Assembly: GCA_050330095.1 (NCBI GenBank)
Contig: JBHJOC010000007.1
Location: 2,820 to 66,819, forward strand
Direction of reading: 5' to 3'
Length of the DNA stretch: 64,000 nucleotides
Origin: Hyphomicrobiaceae bacterium
GTDB taxonomy: Bacteria > Pseudomonadota > Alphaproteobacteria > Rhizobiales > Hyphomicrobiaceae
Below the pieces are notes generated by a model. That model was not told where the DNA came from. It searched no databases and was given only the letters and a program-made list of their open reading frames with translations. Each line of letters begins with the position of its first letter. The first letter of the stretch is position 1. Made by a program: the position numbers and the translations under genes. Positions 58,844 to 64,000 of this stretch are shown in pieces.

Positions 58844-61800
58844 GCGGCGCAGAGCGAACCTGCGGCGTGGCGTTGCGTTTTGTCGACAGCAGGCGGCCCT
58901 TTCGTGCCAGGATCGCGAAAGCGGCTGGCGTGAAATAGAACGATATCACCGTCGACAGGAGAACACCGCCAGCTATCGCCATCGCGAACGGCGGCCAGAA
59001 GCCGCCACCGCCAAGGATCAGTGGCAGGAAGCCGCCGAAGGTGGTCACGGTTGTCGACAGAATATGCCGGCTTTGGGCAATCACGAGGTCTGCGATGCGG
59101 TCGAGGTCGCCGGACAGGGCGTTTTCGTCCTCTTGCAACGCCGTCAGGATAATGATCGCTGCGTTGATCGAGACCCCGATCGAGCCGATCACGCCAATCA
59201 CGGCCTGAATGCCGAACGGATATTGGAAGAGCGCCAGCGCCAGAATGCTCAAGCCGACCGACAGCACAACGACCACCAGGGAAATCGCGGTCAAACGGTA
59301 GGACCCAAACGTCAAAACGATGGTTGCGAGCGTCGCCGCAGCGATCAATCCTAGCGACGCCAGCAAGTTGGTAATCGTGTCATCGCGCGCATCGGCGTCG
59401 CCACCCACCTCGAACCGATAGCCCTCCGGCGCCACGATCCCCGCTTCGTCAATCCTCGCCATGACTTTGCGCAAGGCCTCCTCGGGCAGCACGTCGCGGT
59501 GCACGAAGCCCTGGACCGTGTTGATGCGTTCGCCATTGCGCCGGAAAATCGGGGCCTGTGACGGTTCGAGGAAAAGTTCGCCGACGGCCGTCAGCGGCAG
59601 TCCGGGAAAGCGGTCACGCCGGTCGGAGTTGGTCGAGGCACCGCTTTGGCTCAGTTGCTCTGGTGGCATGAAGTTCAAATCCGCGACCGCATCGAAGCTT
59701 GCCCGGGTGTCAGCATCGACACGCACGCGGACGGGCAGCTCTTCACTTTTCTCGATGAGTGAGCCACCCGTAACACCTCTCAGACCTGTCTCGAGTTGGT
59801 CTGCTGCGTCTGCAAGCGTAAGGCCCGCCAGTCGCAGCCTCGCCTCATCGAGCACAATCGACAGCTTCGGACTCCCGCCGACCATTTGGGTCTGCGCTTG
59901 GAGGACGTCGGGCTCTTGGATCATGATCGCGCGCAGTGTATCGGCGAGGTCGCGCAGCGTGGCCAGATTGGGTCCAACGATGCGGATCTCGAGCGGCGCA
60001 TTGACGGGCGGGCCTTGCACAAGCCCGCGCACTGTGATGCGGGCGTCCGGAACCTCAGCGTCCAACCGTCGCTGCAGCAGCGGGATTAACTCTTCAGTGC
60101 GCTGTGGGCTCTCCGTCGTGACGAGCGCCTCAGCGAAGCTCGGCGTCTGGTCGCTGTTTGCAATCATGTTGTAATAGAAGGGCGGAGCGTTTTCGCCGAT
60201 GACCCAGACGAGTTGCCTGATACCACCCTCCGCCTCGAGGATGTCGTCGATGCGGCCTGCAATCCGGGCCGTTTCGTCAATTGCGGCCCCGTCAGGAAGC
60301 TTGACCTGGATGTAAAGCTGGTCGCGGTCGACACCTGGGAAAAATTGCGCCCTGAGTGTTGGGAACGACCCAAAGCCGATCGTCGGCAGGACCAGCGCGA
60401 ACATGATCGACAGCCAAGGGTGGGCAACCGACCACGCAACGGATCGTCTGAAAGCGCTCCCGCCGGCGGCGGCCTTCCCAAGCGTGCGCTCTCCCCGCTG
60501 ATCCTCCTTGTGCGACGCCCTTGGCCGCAACAGCCAACCTGCCAGCGCAGGTGTGAGCGTTACAGCGAGGAGCAGCGAGGAAAACAGCATGATGATCACG
60601 GCGATCGCGATCGAACCGACGAAATCGCCGGCCGGACCCGGCAGCAGGACCATCGGCGTGAATGCGAGTGCAGTCGTCACCGTTGATGCAAGCAGTGGCA
60701 CAGCCAAGCGCCTGATCGCCATCGAGACGGCTTCGAGCCGCTCGAGGCCCGCCTCGAGGCGCCTGCGGATGTCGTCGGTCATGACGATCGCGGCATCGAC
60801 GAGCAGCCCGAGCGCGACAATCAGCCCTGTCACTGACATCTGGTGGATGGAAATGCCGCTCGCCTGCAGGCCAAAGATCGACATCAAGGTCGCAAGCGGC
60901 AGGACGGAAGCCACAACGATGGCCGCGCGCCATCCAAGCGTGACGAACAGCACACCGACGACCAGCGCGACCCCGATCGCCATATTGACCATGACGTCGA
61001 GCAGACGAAGTTCAGTGTAGCTGCTCTGATCGAACAACAGCTCGTGCGCGAGGCTATCGGGCAAGTCCCTTTCGAACTCTGCCAGCGCCCCGCGAACGCG
61101 CGCCGACCACGTGTGGACCTGCAGGTCGTCTTGCATGCGGGCCGCGATCAAAATCGCAGGGCGCCCGTTCACGATTGCGAGCGATTGAGCCGGCTCGCGG
61201 ACCGTTCGTTCGATGCGCGCTACGTCGCCGATCCGCACCACACGTCCGTCGTTCCCGCTGATCAGCGGAACGTCGCGGATACGATCGAGCGAACGGATTT
61301 CACCTGCAACCTCGATCAAGACCGTCTCGCGGCTGCCGGTAATGTCACCAGCCGATACTTTCGTGTCGGCGCGTGAGATCGCCTGCGCCACCGCCTGGGG
61401 GGTGAGGCCAATTTCGGTCAGCCGCATGGGCTCGACAACGACCCGCAGTTCTTCTTCGCGTGCTCCGAACAGCGTGACGAGCTTCGTCCCGGCGATCCCG
61501 CGCAGTCGATCCTGCAGAAGTTCTGCGGTCCGGCGCATCAGCGCTGGTTGTGTCGCCCGGCCCGCAGCCATGGTGATCGCAGATATCGTCGTATAGGCAC
61601 CGGTCCGGTCGTTGTCGAACTGTGGTTCGGGCAAGCCGCGCGGCAGATTGCGAGCAGCATCTCGCAGAGCATCGCGGATCTCGGACCAAGTCTGTTCGAT
61701 GCGTGCACTCGAGATAAACTGCGAGAGCTCGACCTGGATCACGGAGATCCCCGATCGCGACGTCGAGATGATGTTGTCGATCTCGGGGATTTGGCGCAGT

Positions 61801-62000
61801 TCCTGCTCGATCTTCTCGGTCACGAGCGCTTCGACGCGTGCGGGATCTGCACCCGGGAAGGGTGTCAAAATGGTTGCGAACAGGTTGGTGATCGTCGGGT
61901 CTTCCTGACGCCCGATCGTCGTAAAGGCCGATAGTCCGCCGGCGACGATCATCAAAACCGCCAGCACGAACATTCGCGGGTCGCGATAGAAGACGGTCAT
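58782..62000 (-). CDS. RND efflux transporter permease (AcrB family)
   Basis: 1072 aa with the 12-TM, two-large-periplasmic-loop RND architecture. The N-terminus is MTVFYRDPRMFVLAVLMIVAGGLSAF. Confidence 0.92.
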   Translation of the reverse strand: MTVFYRDPRMFVLAVLMIVAGGLSAFTTIGRQEDPTITNLFATILTPFPGADPARVEALVTEKIEQELRQIPEIDNIISTSRSGISVIQVELSQFISSARIEQTWSEIRDALRDAARNLPRGLPEPQFDNDRTGAYTTISAITMAAGRATQPALMRRTAELLQDRLRGIAGTKLVTLFGAREEELRVVVEPMRLTEIGLTPQAVAQAISRADTKVSAGDITGSRETVLIEVAGEIRSLDRIRDVPLISGNDGRVVRIGDVARIERTVREPAQSLAIVNGRPAILIAARMQDDLQVHTWSARVRGALAEFERDLPDSLAHELLFDQSSYTELRLLDVMVNMAIGVALVVGVLFVTLGWRAAIVVASVLPLATLMSIFGLQASGISIHQMSVTGLIVALGLLVDAAIVMTDDIRRRLEAGLERLEAVSMAIRRLAVPLLASTVTTALAFTPMVLLPGPAGDFVGSIAIAVIIMLFSSLLLAVTLTPALAGWLLRPRASHKEDQRGERTLGKAAAGGSAFRRSVAWSVAHPWLSIMFALVLPTIGFGSFPTLRAQFFPGVDRDQLYIQVKLPDGAAIDETARIAGRIDDILEAEGGIRQLVWVIGENAPPFYYNMIANSDQTPSFAEALVTTESPQRTEELIPLLQRRLDAEVPDARITVRGLVQGPPVNAPLEIRIVGPNLATLRDLADTLRAIMIQEPDVLQAQTQMVGGSPKLSIVLDEARLRLAGLTLADAADQLETGLRGVTGGSLIEKSEELPVRVRVDADTRASFDAVADLNFMPPEQLSQSGASTNSDRRDRFPGLPLTAVGELFLEPSQAPIFRRNGERINTVQGFVHRDVLPEEALRKVMARIDEAGIVAPEGYRFEVGGDADARDDTITNLLASLGLIAAATLATIVLTFGSYRLTAISLVVVVLSVGLSILALALFQYPFGIQAVIGVIGSIGVSINAAIIILTALQEDENALSGDLDRIADLVIAQSRHILSTTVTTFGGFLPLILGGGGFWPPFAMAIAGGVLLSTVISFYFTPAAFAILARKGRLLSTKRNATPQVRSAPLTRNTTGDARTLPAAVPARP

Positions 62001-62063
62001 GGATTAAGCCTTGAGGGTCGCGAGGAGGGGGTCTTGGAGGGAGCCGCGGCTATTAAGGCCGGA

Positions 62064-63263
62064 TCAGCTGCGCTGTGCGTCCACCATCGCAACGATCTGG
62101 CCTGGAATGATGCGATTGACCCCCCGTTCGACGATCGGCGTGCCCTCAGGGATTGCGGACCTGACGAACGCGCGCCCATCACGGACGTGAAGAATCTCGA
62201 CAGCATCCCGCGCGATCGTCGCCTGGCCATTGATCGTCTTGACGGTCAGAACGGACCACAGACCTTTGGCGCCCTCCGACAAGGCCGTGAGCGGAAGCCA
62301 AGCGCCGTCATCCTCGATCAACACGCTGCGCTCGAGGCGAACGACGGCACCGAGCGGGAGAGACCCGACCTCTGTGCGATCGACCGAGAACAGTGCTGTG
62401 ACGGTCCTCGAACGTGGATCGAGGTCCGGTCGAAGCGTGTCGAGCTGGGCCAGAAAAGACAACTGCGTGACGGGGCCTGCTTCTCCATCGGCCCGGAATG
62501 GTTGTAGGCTGCCGGGTTCGAGGCCTGCCGTCATGGCGGCGGGCAAGCCAGTTCGGATCACCACACGACCGTCTTCAAACAGTGTTGCCAACGGTGCGCC
62601 TGGAGACACGGTGGCCCCTTCATCGAGCAGCCGGTCGCCGATGACACCGTCGAACGGCGCAACGAGCGTCATGTGGCTTATGTCGACGCTCAGGGTATCG
62701 AGCGCTGCACGCACACGAGCGATGCCAGCCTCGATCTCTGCCACGGTGAAACGCGCCTCATCGAACCGCTGCTCCGGTGCCCAGCCGCGCTGGCGCAACG
62801 TCTCCTGCCGCCCGGCCGTTGCCCGCGCCAGATCAAGGCGGGCTTCGAGTTCCGTGATTTGGGCATTGAGTTCAGCCTGCTGTGCAGTCAGCCGGGACGT
62901 CTCGAGGCGGGCGATCACATCGCCGGCCGCCACCCGTGCCCCCTCTCGGACCATGATCTCGGCGATGCGACCGGCACGCTCGAACGCCAGCGTGGTCTCG
63001 CGGCTGGCTTCGAGTCTGCCAACGAAACGGCGCGTGATTTCATAGCTCGCCTCTCGCTTGAGACGCAGCGTTGCCACCGTGACAGGCGGGGCTGCGGTCT
63101 GGGCCTCAACCAGGTCGGCTCTGACCTTCAGCGCAACGATCCCCAGTGCGGAGAGGCCGAGGGGCACCAGACCGAGGGAAAGCACCGCGATTGCTCGTGT
63201 CATCCGAGCAAACAGCTTATGACGTGGGCTCGCCGCCTCAGCGGGTTCATCTGAATGCGGCAC
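62064..63263 (-). CDS. RND efflux periplasmic adaptor (MFP/HlyD family)
   Basis: TM anchor (AIAVLSLGLVPLGLSALGIVAL), alpha-hairpin and beta-barrel regions. The GTG at 63261-63263 lies 6 nt after GGAGGGGG. The alternatives are an ATG at 63203 and a TTG at 63353. Confidence 0.85.
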   Translation of the reverse strand: MPHSDEPAEAASPRHKLFARMTRAIAVLSLGLVPLGLSALGIVALKVRADLVEAQTAAPPVTVATLRLKREASYEITRRFVGRLEASRETTLAFERAGRIAEIMVREGARVAAGDVIARLETSRLTAQQAELNAQITELEARLDLARATAGRQETLRQRGWAPEQRFDEARFTVAEIEAGIARVRAALDTLSVDISHMTLVAPFDGVIGDRLLDEGATVSPGAPLATLFEDGRVVIRTGLPAAMTAGLEPGSLQPFRADGEAGPVTQLSFLAQLDTLRPDLDPRSRTVTALFSVDRTEVGSLPLGAVVRLERSVLIEDDGAWLPLTALSEGAKGLWSVLTVKTINGQATIARDAVEILHVRDGRAFVRSAIPEGTPIVERGVNRIIPGQIVAMVDAQRS

Positions 63264-63326
63264 GGCATCCCCCTCCGGCAGAACGAGCCCAACGGCGGCG
63301 CGGGCAATGTGAATAGTCGTTACTAT

Positions 63327-63379
63327 GTTAGAGACGCTAACCTTGCAAGGCAAAAGTTAGTGCCTCTTACTTGTTAGTG
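63327..63379. promoter_or_regulatory. Cluster of GTTAG/CTAAC half-sites and a CCTTGCAAGG palindrome in the TetR/RND divergent promoter (candidate operators)
   Basis: GTTAG occurs at 63327, 63356 and 63373, CTAAC at 63337, and the 10-bp palindrome CCTTGCAAGG at 63341-63350. The patch is AT-rich and lies between divergent genes. Confidence 0.35.
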
Positions 63380-63441
63380 GTGCTTGGAACGCGCACGTTA
63401 TCTGAGCGGATCACGGAGATTCGGCAGCGGTCGCCAACGTT

Positions 63442-64000
63442 ATGCCTGCCATCGAGAGGACGCACACTGTGACTGCGACAGATCAAAAGCCCATGTCGCC
63501 TGATCCGGGCCGCAATGCCGGTGATGATGAAGCGCAAATGGAATTTGGCTCTGAGCGCAAGGCGGGGCGTGGCGCCTATCATCACGGCAAGTTGCGTGAC
63601 GTCCTGATCGATGCGGCATGGGACATGATCCTCGAGCAGGGAGCGGAGCGGTTCTCACTCGCAGATGCTTGCCGCCGGGCTGGCGTCTCGACGGCAGCGC
63701 CCTACAAGCATTTTCGCGATCGGGACGAGATCTTCGAGATCGTCGTGCAGCGCGGGTTCGATCGCATGACGGACCAGGCGATCGCCGAGGTCCGGCGGAT
63801 TGGCGAAGGGACGCGCGACGGCGTCGTGGAGATGCTGATCACCTACTATCGCTTTGCGACGGCACACCCCTCGATTTTCAGACTGATGTTTGGACAACAG
63901 CCAGCGATCAAGTGTGCCTCAGAGGTGATCGGTTCCGGTCGCTCAGGGTGCGAAAAGATTCTCGATCAAATCCGCCTGTTCTGCGTGGCCGAAGCGATCG
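63442..64000 (+). CDS. TetR/AcrR-family transcriptional regulator; 3' end lies outside the window
   Basis: The frame is open to the window end. It has the HTH FSLADACRRAGVSTAAPYKHF and is divergent from the RND adaptor/pump operon. The start is ambiguous (ATG at 63442, 63493 or 63538). Confidence 0.85.
   Translation, partial: MPAIERTHTVTATDQKPMSPDPGRNAGDDEAQMEFGSERKAGRGAYHHGKLRDVLIDAAWDMILEQGAERFSLADACRRAGVSTAAPYKHFRDRDEIFEIVVQRGFDRMTDQAIAEVRRIGEGTRDGVVEMLITYYRFATAHPSIFRLMFGQQPAIKCASEVIGSGRSGCEKILDQIRLFCVAEAI

Overview
GC-rich chromosomal core region. Gene content and gene order point to an alphaproteobacterium, probably Hyphomicrobiales/Rhizobiales-like; this is inference, since no search was possible. 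I call about 55 protein genes, one tRNA-Leu(CAA), one cobalamin riboswitch, one decayed IS481-type transposase fragment and several short repeats or palindromes. Three conserved housekeeping blocks dominate: secA-ppiC-argJ-(tpm)-mutT; rnd-lptC/A-lptB-rpoN-hpf-ptsN; and ffh-(GNAT)-rpsP-rimM. Between them lie efflux systems (two RND pumps, a MacAB-like ABC exporter, a MATE pump), a GldG/ABC-2/DUF4340 cluster, a TauE/SafE + TIGR02186 pair, a three-subunit molybdo-hydroxylase, eno, ubiE, uppP and small metabolic genes. I see no CRISPR array, prophage, defence island or obviously novel multi-gene system, and most of the window is ordinary. The items most worth a second look are: (1) a single 745-codon ORF that fuses LptC to two LptA/OstA-like modules where separate lptC and lptA genes are expected; (2) two copies of a 117-nt non-coding element (95/117 identical, ungapped, with a compensatory base-pair change in a 15-bp stem), one beside the IS481 remnant and one inside an unusually long rpoN-hpf spacer; (3) a cobalamin riboswitch driving a solitary CbiM/NikM-like membrane protein; (4) a perfect AT-rich 19-bp palindrome upstream of a YeeE/YedE gene. 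Many long ORFs in the supplied track are antisense artefacts of the high GC content and were discarded. Start codons are the least certain part of every CDS call.
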